DNA of 64,000 bases. Origin: a virus. Taxonomy: Duplodnaviria; Caudoviricetes. The notes under the pieces are model-generated. The model did not search any database and was not told the origin of the DNA. It saw only the letters and a list, made by a program, of their open reading frames with translations. The stretch lies in the IMG/VR virus record IMGVR_UViG_3300025413_001239; one strand, written 5' to 3'. This document shows, piece by piece, positions 48,451-58,100 of this stretch (positions within the stretch are counted from its first letter, which is position 1; the number at the start of each line of letters is the position of its first letter). Both the position numbers and the translations under genes were made by a program.

Positions 48451-48822
48451 ATGGACTTTTTTATAAATAAAAACTCAACACTTCCTATTCTCAAGCTTGA
48501 GCTAATTCAAGATGGTCGAAACGATTTTGAGAAGTTTTTTGAAAAAATACAAAATGCTAATATATACTTTAGCATGAGTGATATTGTGACAGGTGTTAAG
48601 CGTATTGGTTTTAAACCAGCCACTTTATCATTAGTTACTCCTGAAAGTTGTATGGGTGAAGAATATTACATAACTTATCAATTTTCAGAACAGGAAACAA
48701 GTAAAGCTGGTCGTTATGTTGGTCAATTTACAATTCAATTTCTTGACGGTACTGGAACATTGATAGTTCCTATCAAAGAAGAGTTATATATAAACGTATT
48801 GGATGGTGGAATAAAAAAGTAA
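48451..48822 (+). CDS. BppU-like baseplate/Ig-fold protein
   Basis: FFINKNSTLP.LKLEL, ITYQF...TSKAGRYVGQFTI. Confidence 0.55.
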   Translation: MDFFINKNSTLPILKLELIQDGRNDFEKFFEKIQNANIYFSMSDIVTGVKRIGFKPATLSLVTPESCMGEEYYITYQFSEQETSKAGRYVGQFTIQFLDGTGTLIVPIKEELYINVLDGGIKK

Positions 48823-48825
48823 TAA

Positions 48826-48857
48826 TTTGTTTTTTTAAAAAATAAAACGTATATTTG
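48826..48857 (+). promoter_or_regulatory. Bacteroidota-type sigma-A promoter 1 upstream of the DNA polymerase
   Basis: TTTG (48826-29), 20 nt, TATATTTG (48850-57). Confidence 0.72.
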
Positions 48858-48900
48858 TTAAACTTTAAGTAAAGTTTAAAAATCTTTTTTAGTTAAATCA

Positions 48901-48932
48901 TTTGGTATTTTAATTTTATCAATGTATATTTG
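48901..48932 (+). promoter_or_regulatory. Bacteroidota-type sigma-A promoter 2 upstream of the DNA polymerase
   Basis: TTTG (48901-04), 20 nt, TATATTTG (48925-32). Confidence 0.75.
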
Positions 48933-48949
48933 CATAAAATTATATATAA

Positions 48950-51900
48950 ATGAGTAAAGTAGATGCTACGATTATTGAATCGTTTCTTAATGGTAACAAC
49001 CCTAAAAAGTATGTTGTTGGTATTGAAGCCAATTACGGTGAGCCATTCGTTAATTTAATTGTTAACGACCCAGATACTGGAAAAAAAATAGAACGCTATC
49101 CTTTTAAGCCATTTTTATGGTTTAAAGAAGATGTTGCCAAAATACTCTATGGTGGTAGTAAAGTAAAAGCCATGCAAAAAGCTCAAGATTATGGTATTAA
49201 AAGCCAAAGATTAATGGTGGGTGATGCAAATGGGAATATCCCTAAGAGATTAGAAAATGGGTATAGATATCTAGCAACTTGTAATAAATCCTATAACGAT
49301 TTAATTCGTTACTTTAAAGATGGTGGTGTCGACATCTTTGACAAAGAATTCTCTAAATTATTTTTCTCTTTTACACCAGTTGAACAATTTATGATTCAAA
49401 GTGGTATCCGTATGTTTAAGGGTATGGATGATTATAATGATTTACATAGGTTCCAATTTGACTTGGAGACTGAAGGGTTATCTGGTAATGTTGATGGTAT
49501 ATTTCAAATTGGTATGCGAGACAATAGAGGTTTTGAGCAAGTGCTTGAAACTAAAGGTAATACCTTACAAGAAAAACGTGAATGTGAACGTGAAAATATT
49601 AAAGAATTTTTTAGGATAATTGATAGGTTAAAACCAGATATTATAACTGGTTACAACTCAGAATCATTTGACTGGACTTTTATTGTTGATAGATGCCAAA
49701 GGCTTTCTTTAGATGTATCTAAAATTTCAATATGTTTAGATGCAAATTCTAGTTTAAAGAGAAAACCAGCAATGCTTAAATTGGGTAATGAGATGGAATC
49801 ATATAACCAAACATATATGTATGGTTATAATATTATTGATATTGCACATTCTGTTAGGCGAGCACAAGCGATTAATTCTGATATTAAGGGTTGGGGTTTA
49901 AAGTACATTACACAATATTCTGAAATTAATAAAAAGAATCGTGTTTACATCCCAGGTGATAAAATCCACACAATTTGGTCCGATACAGTAAATGAGTATG
50001 CTTTTAATGATAATAATGGTGATTGGTATAAGATATCCGATAGGATGGAACTAAAAGAAAACTATGTTATAGTTAAGGGTGATTATCTTATTCAAAGATA
50101 CTTATTAGATGACTTATGGGAAACTGAACAAATTGATACAATATTTAATCAAGCAGCTTTTTTGATTGCTAAATTATTACCAACAACATATAGTCGTAGT
50201 TCTACGATGGGTACTGCTAGTCAGTGGAAGCTTATCATGGCCGCTTGGTCTTATGAGAATGGCTTAGCTATTCCAGAAACAGAACCTAAGCGTGAATTTA
50301 CTGGTGGTTTATCAAGACTTTTAGAATTAGGTTATGCTAGAAATGTTGTTAAACTTGACTATGCTGCGTTGTATCCTAAAACTGAGTTAACACATTTAAT
50401 TTTTCCAGATTTGGATATTAGTGGTGTGATGGAAGGCTTGTTGACTTATGTTGTTGATACTCGTGATACATTTAAATTCTTAACTGGTAAGGAAAAGAAA
50501 GTAGCTAAAAAATTAGCTGATGAAATTGAATCAAATAAAGATAATTATACACAAGAAAAACTAGATGAATTAAAAGTAGAACAAAAAAATCATAAGGCTT
50601 TAGCTAGTCTTTATGATAAAAAACAGCTACCACTTAAAATACTTGCAAACTCTTGGTTTGGTGCATATGGTGCTCCTTATATTTTTAATTGGGGTGCCTC
50701 TGATTGTGCTGAAGAAACAACTTGTCGTGGCCGTCAGTACTTAAGACTTATGGTTAGACACTTTAGTGAAAAGTATGGGTTTAAAGCACTTGTTGGTGAT
50801 TCTGTAACATACGATACACCTGTTTATATTAGATATAAATCAAATAAAAATTATATTGATGTATTACCTATATGTGATTTATTTAATGAAAATTCAGAAT
50901 TTTTAGATATTGATAAATTTAGGGATTTTGAAGAAAAACCATTTGAAGTTTTGACACGTAATGGTTGGAAAGATATAAAATACGTATACAGACATGAAAC
51001 AAATAAAAAAATTCATAGGATAACAACTAAAGATAGACTAATAAATGTTACTGAAGACCATTCGTTATTTAAAAATGGTAAAGAGGTTAAACCATCTGAA
51101 CTTAAAAGATTCGATGAAATTGACACATATGAAATTCCGAGAAATAATGTTGATACAACGTTTAATATTAGTAAAGCATATTTGTGTGGTTTTTTCTTAG
51201 GGGATGGTTCTGCCAATTGTTCAACTAGAAAACAAAAATATGTTTCTAAAAAAACTGGTGAAGTACATATAAATAAAGGTAAAAGAAGTGATTGGAAAAT
51301 ATCTAATTCGAGAATTGGGTTATTAGAAAAATTACAGACTATACTTAAAGATGAATATTCCATTGATGCCGTGATTAAGAATCATGTTAAATCAAGCGGT
51401 GTTTATAATTTGGTTGTACATAATGTTGATTTTGCTAATAATTTTTGCGAAAACTTTTATACATCATATAGAGAAAAGAAAATACCATATATGATATTAA
51501 ATGCAACTGAAGATATTAAAAAAGCATTTATTGAGGGTGTTTTTGCTTCGGATGGTTATGGTGATACAATAGAGGATTGCTCTGATATTGGTATGAAGTC
51601 ACAAGTAGCTATGGCTGGTATTAGTTTGTTACTTAAAGAATTAAATATTGAATATAAGATTAAAACAAGGTCTGATAAGCAAAATTTTATTTCATTTTCA
51701 CTAAAAAACAATAATAGAAATAATTCTCCATTTACAGAATTAACAAAAAAGAAAACTAATGAGGTTTGGAAAAACGAAATTATTTTAAATAAAGATAAAA
51801 ATAAATTTGTTTATGATATATCAACAGAAGATGGTACTTTTATTTGTGGTATAAACGGTATAATAGCACATAATACTGATGGTTTCAACTTTTCTTTTCC

Positions 51901-53626
51901 TGATAATATCGATAATATTAAGTATTTAGCTAAGGGTTCACATTGGAAAACAACTGAAGATGCTGGTAAGGAATTATCTGGCTTAGAAGCTGTTTTGGCT
52001 GAGTTTAACGAAACTTATATGATTGGTAGGATGGGTTTGGATATTGATGATATTTGTACTTCAACAATCAATTTCTCACGTAAAAACTACGCTAACGATA
52101 TTAATGGTAAAATTAAATTTGTGGGTAACTCCATCAAATCTAAAAAGATGCCAGTTTATATTGAAGATTTCTTAAGTAAGGCTATTAGGTTATTATTAGA
52201 TGGTAAGGGTTCAGAATTTATAGACTTTTATTATGAATACGTTGATTTGATTTATAATGGAAATATTCCAGTTGTAAAAATAGCATCTAAATCTAAAGTT
52301 AAATCAAGTATTTCAGATTATAAGAAAAAAGCATTTAAGAAAAATAAGGCTGGTAATCCAATGCCTAAACAAGCACATATGGAGTTGGCTATTAGGGCCG
52401 ATTTAGACGTTAATTTAGGTGATACCCTTTACTATGTTAACACTGGTAATTCAAAGTCTCAAGGTGACCTTAAAAGCGTTAAAAAAGATAATGGTGCAAC
52501 TGAGTTGCAATTGAATTGTAAACTGATTGACCCGATGATTGTTGAAAGCAATTTAGAGGTTCTTAAGGAGATTGAAACCATTAAAAAGATTATAGCTACG
52601 GAAACAGATGATGATAAGATAGAAAAGCTTCAAAATCAAATTGTAGAAATGGAATCAACTCTTATTAGAGATGATTATAATGTTGCTAAGTATCTTGAAG
52701 CTTTTAATAAAAAGGTAAAGCCGCTTTTGGTTTGTTTTCATATCGATATTAGGGGTAAAATTCTTTTAAATATCAAAAAAGATAAAAAAACTAAACTTGA
52801 GAAGTTGGAAGAAAAAAATATATTCACTAAGTTGCAATGTGAACTTGTATCTGGAATGCCAAATAAACCAGAAGACCAAGATTCCTATGAAGAATTGATG
52901 ACAATGGAAGATAAGGAAATTAAATTCTGGATTAAGGTGAATAAGATTCCAAATAATATGACCGAAGACGAATTTGATATTATACAAAGAAATTATATTG
53001 AAAGAAAACGTATTGAAAGAGAAGAAGGTATTGCTCACGAAAAACAACTGTTACAAGATATATTTAAACATCTTGAATATCATGAATTATTAGATATTAA
53101 GAATGGTGAAAATATACCAGTTGAGATACTCACAAATAGAGACTTAAACTTTGAAAATGGTGATATAATATCTAAAAAATGGGATGAAGTTGTTGGTAAT
53201 TTTAGGGATATCTTTAAATACGAAAAGGAAATTAAAGAAAGACACGAATGGTATAAATCAACAAATAATACTAAGGATGATAGATACCAAGATTGGATAA
53301 ATTATCGTAACGAATTAGAGGTTACTTCAATTAAAGTTCATTTTGAGGAAGAGCTTGAAGCATTTGATATTAGCGAACCAATTAGAAGGGTAGCTGATAA
53401 AATATCAAAAAATGAAATAATTATACCAGTAGTTGTTGAAACTAAGAAACAAGTTAAAAAAGAAGATGATGACGATGATGAAGAAATTGAAATAGAACCA
53501 ATTGATGATTTTAGTCCAGAACTCCAACAGTTTGAATTTAATGTTGAGGTACCAGAAAGTATATCTGAACCACCTATTCAAAAAGTTGAAGAGGTTGAGG
53601 AAGAGGATGAATGGAATATGTTTTAA
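48950..53626 (+). CDS. polB: Family B DNA polymerase with one intein
   Basis: FDLETEG, TGYNSESFDW, YLLDD exonuclease motifs; LDYAALYP, KILANSWFG, VGD|TDG, KNYA polymerase motifs. Confidence 0.95.
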   Translation: MSKVDATIIESFLNGNNPKKYVVGIEANYGEPFVNLIVNDPDTGKKIERYPFKPFLWFKEDVAKILYGGSKVKAMQKAQDYGIKSQRLMVGDANGNIPKRLENGYRYLATCNKSYNDLIRYFKDGGVDIFDKEFSKLFFSFTPVEQFMIQSGIRMFKGMDDYNDLHRFQFDLETEGLSGNVDGIFQIGMRDNRGFEQVLETKGNTLQEKRECERENIKEFFRIIDRLKPDIITGYNSESFDWTFIVDRCQRLSLDVSKISICLDANSSLKRKPAMLKLGNEMESYNQTYMYGYNIIDIAHSVRRAQAINSDIKGWGLKYITQYSEINKKNRVYIPGDKIHTIWSDTVNEYAFNDNNGDWYKISDRMELKENYVIVKGDYLIQRYLLDDLWETEQIDTIFNQAAFLIAKLLPTTYSRSSTMGTASQWKLIMAAWSYENGLAIPETEPKREFTGGLSRLLELGYARNVVKLDYAALYPKTELTHLIFPDLDISGVMEGLLTYVVDTRDTFKFLTGKEKKVAKKLADEIESNKDNYTQEKLDELKVEQKNHKALASLYDKKQLPLKILANSWFGAYGAPYIFNWGASDCAEETTCRGRQYLRLMVRHFSEKYGFKALVGDSVTYDTPVYIRYKSNKNYIDVLPICDLFNENSEFLDIDKFRDFEEKPFEVLTRNGWKDIKYVYRHETNKKIHRITTKDRLINVTEDHSLFKNGKEVKPSELKRFDEIDTYEIPRNNVDTTFNISKAYLCGFFLGDGSANCSTRKQKYVSKKTGEVHINKGKRSDWKISNSRIGLLEKLQTILKDEYSIDAVIKNHVKSSGVYNLVVHNVDFANNFCENFYTSYREKKIPYMILNATEDIKKAFIEGVFASDGYGDTIEDCSDIGMKSQVAMAGISLLLKELNIEYKIKTRSDKQNFISFSLKNNNRNNSPFTELTKKKTNEVWKNEIILNKDKNKFVYDISTEDGTFICGINGIIAHNTDGFNFSFPDNIDNIKYLAKGSHWKTTEDAGKELSGLEAVLAEFNETYMIGRMGLDIDDICTSTINFSRKNYANDINGKIKFVGNSIKSKKMPVYIEDFLSKAIRLLLDGKGSEFIDFYYEYVDLIYNGNIPVVKIASKSKVKSSISDYKKKAFKKNKAGNPMPKQAHMELAIRADLDVNLGDTLYYVNTGNSKSQGDLKSVKKDNGATELQLNCKLIDPMIVESNLEVLKEIETIKKIIATETDDDKIEKLQNQIVEMESTLIRDDYNVAKYLEAFNKKVKPLLVCFHIDIRGKILLNIKKDKKTKLEKLEEKNIFTKLQCELVSGMPNKPEDQDSYEELMTMEDKEIKFWIKVNKIPNNMTEDEFDIIQRNYIERKRIEREEGIAHEKQLLQDIFKHLEYHELLDIKNGENIPVEILTNRDLNFENGDIISKKWDEVVGNFRDIFKYEKEIKERHEWYKSTNNTKDDRYQDWINYRNELEVTSIKVHFEEELEAFDISEPIRRVADKISKNEIIIPVVVETKKQVKKEDDDDDEEIEIEPIDDFSPELQQFEFNVEVPESISEPPIQKVEEVEEEDEWNMF
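50801..51874 (+). mobile_element. LAGLIDADG intein (358 aa, Ser1) in the GDTDG motif of PolB
   Basis: SVTYDTPVYIR, VTEDHSL, GFFLGDG, VFASDG, VYDISTEDG...IIAHN, +1 Thr. Confidence 0.93.
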
Positions 53627-53628
53627 AA

Positions 53629-53669
53629 AAAATGGGTTCTGTGTTTATAAATAACACAGAACCCATTTT
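53629..53669. terminator. Perfect 17-bp inverted repeat between the convergent polB and neck genes
   Basis: AAAATGGGTTCTGTGTT-TATAAAT-AACACAGAACCCATTTT. Confidence 0.8.
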
Positions 53670-53675
53670 ATATTG

Positions 53676-54824
53676 TTAATAAACCCAGAATCCCATTGGA
53701 CGAAATTTAAGTGTAGTGTTTAAATTAGTGGACTCATCTGCTTGTCGCTGTAATTGTGATGTTGAACTTAATCTAAGAAGTCTTGCATCGAGTCTTTCAA
53801 GTACTGCCTTTTTTTCATCGTTACCTTCGGATATAAGTGTTTCGTAATCCATTGTTCTTTCAGCTTCTGGGGGTCCTACTACACCACCGAATTTACCTCT
53901 TGTTCTACCTAAGGCTCTTTTTGATTCCGCTATAAATAATTGTCTAATAAGGACTTTGGTTGGTTCGTTAAAGTCAGCGAAGTCTAATTTTGCTAATGGT
54001 ACCTCATTTGGCATTCTAATGATGTCTTTATTAGCTTGTCTACATTCATCAACATTTTTTGAATCAGTTTCATAATAATGATACCAAACTTGACAACCAG
54101 CAACAGACATTGAGCTACCAACATTACCGATACCAGCACCGAAGGATAGTTTAGAACCTGGTGTACTTAAAAGATGTAATAATTTTGTACCATCTGGACC
54201 AGCTGTAATTTTATAAACTAAGTCACTTCTTACAATTCTATTCTTTAGATTCATATCAGCGGCTGTTAAAAGAATATCAAATGCTGGTGCAATGTAATAA
54301 CCACTACGACCACCACCTGTACCAGTACCAGCGGTACCATAACCACCACCCATTTGTGCAAATCCACCACCAAAACCATAATCGATACCACCATAGTTAG
54401 CTAAAAGAGCTTGACTTACTGCACCTGGTGTTAACCAAAGAACTTCATTTACTTCTCTACCAGCTGGAATTTGATAAACTTGTCTACCTTCTTCAAGGTT
54501 TATGAAGTCTTTCTTAAGTTCCCACGGACCATTAGTTTGAAGACCGACTTGCTTAGAGTAAGCATAAGTATATTGGGTTGTTAAATCGAATGACCTTACA
54601 CTTAAAGCGAATGCCATATCAGTTGTATCTATATTTTGACCTAAAAGAGATTGCCATTGGTGCTCGATTAGCCATTCTTGAACGTATTGTGAGTAATCTT
54701 CGATGGATATTTCCAAAAGAGTACAAAGAGTTTCATCTTCCAATTCAATTTGACGAATTGGGGCACCCATTGAATGTCTAAATTGCTTAAAAAGTCTATC
54801 TCTTTCTTCGGTACTAACAGCCAT
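53676..54824 (-). CDS. Neck/head-completion protein (T4 gp13-like)
   Basis: RHSMGAPIRQIEL..., A.SK..LG..RGKF.G motifs; late motif at 54838-54848. Confidence 0.65.
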   Translation of the reverse strand: MAVSTEERDRLFKQFRHSMGAPIRQIELEDETLCTLLEISIEDYSQYVQEWLIEHQWQSLLGQNIDTTDMAFALSVRSFDLTTQYTYAYSKQVGLQTNGPWELKKDFINLEEGRQVYQIPAGREVNEVLWLTPGAVSQALLANYGGIDYGFGGGFAQMGGGYGTAGTGTGGGRSGYYIAPAFDILLTAADMNLKNRIVRSDLVYKITAGPDGTKLLHLLSTPGSKLSFGAGIGNVGSSMSVAGCQVWYHYYETDSKNVDECRQANKDIIRMPNEVPLAKLDFADFNEPTKVLIRQLFIAESKRALGRTRGKFGGVVGPPEAERTMDYETLISEGNDEKKAVLERLDARLLRLSSTSQLQRQADESTNLNTTLKFRPMGFWVY

Positions 54825-54861
54825 AATGTTTATTTTCTTATAAATATCGTAAAATGTCGAA

Positions 54862-55116
54862 TTAACCTAAAAATTGTTTAGTTAATTCAAACAGTTCATT
54901 GATACTTCTAAAAGAAACATTTGGTATAAGTACTTGATTTTTCACACGTACCATTGGTACATCATCACATTTGGTGATTTCGTAAAGTTTATTAAACTCT
55001 TCTTCATTTTCTGGTAGATTAACATCTACATCAATAAATTCAATACCTTCATTTGTAAGCATTTCTTTTAATTCCTTACAATATGGGCAATTTTCCACAC
55101 TATATACTCTCGTCAT
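54862..55116 (-). CDS. Glutaredoxin/NrdH-like redoxin
   Basis: VYSVENCPYC, VPMV. Confidence 0.88.
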   Translation of the reverse strand: MTRVYSVENCPYCKELKEMLTNEGIEFIDVDVNLPENEEEFNKLYEITKCDDVPMVRVKNQVLIPNVSFRSINELFELTKQFLG

Positions 55117-58100
55117 TTTCTAAAAGCATTTTATCTATCATAATTTCAAGTATTTCATCATCTGAAAGCTTTGCATCACCCATGATAGTTGAGATGATGT
55201 CTTTTTTATTTTTTAAAACATTCCACATTCTTGTTGATATTGTTTTATCGAACAATTGATAGTAAACATTTACGTCATTCTTTTGGCCAATTCTGTAGCA
55301 GTTGTGTACATTATAGTTTCCAACAACAAAAGAATTATCGTCTTCAACAGATAAATCATAAACTCTTTCTTGACCTCTTTTTGGCTTACTAATGTGTATA
55401 CCAACTATTGGATATGTAATGTATTCACCGATTTTTTTAATTCTATTTAACCCATTTTTATTGTCAATAGAATTTTCAGTTTGATAATATACCATATCAT
55501 TTATTGGTCTAATAGAAAAACTGACATTATTACCTAAGTTGGCTGAACATCTTACCAATTCGGAACCTAGCTGACTTGAAGCTGTAATATTTTGCTGTGT
55601 ATTTTTTCTAAAATACCCATCACCATGATTAAAACCGTTAATTAATGATGATAATTGTTCAAAATTTAACTCATTAATCCAATCAGGCATTTTTTTATTT
55701 TTAACACCACAACCAAATAACTCACTAAATATAATCGCTAAATTTTTTGAATAAATAGTACAAGTTTTTACGTTATTCTTATCAATATATGAAGAATGTT
55801 TGTCAATATTAAAATGTTTTTTAATTATATCAATAATATACTCGGCAGAGTCATACATTTTTTTATTTGTTATTTTTTGACAAACATTTACCGATGAAGA
55901 TTTTGTTTTATTTTCTATTACCGACCAACCTTCTGCAATATAAAATCCAAAAGAATATAATAATTCATTAGTTAATTCTATTTTTTCTGGTAGCTCAATT
56001 AATCGTCCATTTATTTGTTCAGTATTGTGACTATTTATAAATGTTTTATTAACATTATTATTAATAATTAGATATTCTTTCCTTGATTCTGGTAAATTAT
56101 TAGACTTTAAAGTTAAAAAATGTTTTTTAATATCTAAATTTTTAGCTTCAACCCAACTAAAAATTTCTAATTCTGAATCATAAATAAATAGTTTATGGTC
56201 TTCTGTTACTGATAATTCTTTATTGTAACCAAATGCGTTTATATCATATCTTAATTTATTCCTTTCTAAATGGGTGTGCTTATTAACAACCTTTTTAAAA
56301 TTACCCATGTGCGTGTAAACCATATCCCCAATATTAATATCTTCAATTAATTTATAACCATTATTAGTCATGACTAATTGTCCGCCAAATATACATCTAT
56401 CTTCAGCTTGTTCATTATTACCAGTAACCCAATCAAATGAATTAAAAATAACAACTGTAGCTTCAGTAAGTGTTATCCCAACACCAGCTGATTTTATATT
56501 ACCAATAAAGACTTTAACATTTGGATTATTTTGAAATGAATCGACAGAATTTTGCTTATCTCTGTCACTCATAACACCATTATGTGTTACACATAGTTTA
56601 CCAAAGTGTTCAGCGAGCTCATTAAGCTCATCTGTAAAGCTTGTAAATATAATTACTTTTTTACCAATTTCAAGAGCATTCTCAGTCATCTCTATTGTTT
56701 CTGGAATAGCTTCCATAGCAATAAACTTACGCAAAAGAATCAATTCAACAAGGTCTCTTTGTGTTGATGCCTTTTTATTTTCTTTTTCTAATTTTTGAAG
56801 GTACTCATCCCAAAGCATATCATACTCTTTCCAACCCTTATCCGATAATTCATGATAAACTGGTGTTATCACTTTATCTGGCATATCCAAAACATCTGTT
56901 TTAAGTCTTCTAATAATAAGATTTCTTGTTTTAATAGATAATTCTTCAAGGTTTGATGCACCATCAGTTAACCAGATTTGTTTTCTACTACCATTCTTAA
57001 GTGTTCTAAAGAATTTTTTAGCATCACAATATCTACTAGCAAAATAATGCCAATTATCAGCTATTGGTGCTTTGATAATCTTAAGCAAATTAAAGAAATC
57101 CATTGGTCTGTTAGCTATTGGAGTACCAGTTAAAAGCCAAACCTTTTCAATACCGTGGTTTACAGATAGGTCAACCATAATTTCACCACGAATGCTCTTA
57201 TTGTTTTTAAGATTATGTGCTTCATCTACAATTGCAAGGTCAAAACGAGAATTAACTATGTGTCTATTAAGTTCAAGAACTGGGTCAGTGTCTTTTTTCT
57301 TTTTACCATCACCAATTGTGTGAAAATTCTTAAGTATATCAAAATTTATGATTGTAAATTTGGCTCTATCCCATTTTCTACCGTTAACTATTGTTACATC
57401 CTTACAAAATACCTCTATTTCACGTTTCCAATTTATTTTAACAGATGATGGACATACAACAAGTATATTCTTAGCACCACTTTCTAATGCGGCAATAATT
57501 GATTGAGTTGTATTATGTGTAACAACATAGCTATCCATTACATATAAATGGTCTTTTGCCTCAACCATAATACATTGACCAGTTGTAACCCTAGAAAATT
57601 CTACAGATTTAATACCTCTAGTTGGATGATATTTTTTATTTTTATTTAAGTATTTAATTTTTCGATTTAATTTAAATGGTATTATTTCAATTGGTAAATT
57701 AATTGTTAAAATAAAACATAATTTACAATCTTTTATTGTTCCATCTGGTAGTTTATATTTTCCAACTTTTGAAGTCATTTTTACAACACCACCTAATGAT
57801 TGAACCAATTCTCTAACATTGTTTGCAAGTTCTTTAGAAACAGTATAATATTGTACCGTTCCAAGTTTACTACAATAACCATCTGTATCTAATAATCCTT
57901 GAAGTAAATTAATTCTATCATCAATATCACTATATAGATATGGTTTTGGTATAAATTTAAATTCGGATGTTAAACCCATAAGAGAATATTCATTTAATTC
58001 CCTAATTACTAAATTAGTATTATTAACACCACATAAATGATATTGCATATCACTGAACATTTTTAATTTATGCCCAAGTGGTAATCGTTTATTTATTTCG

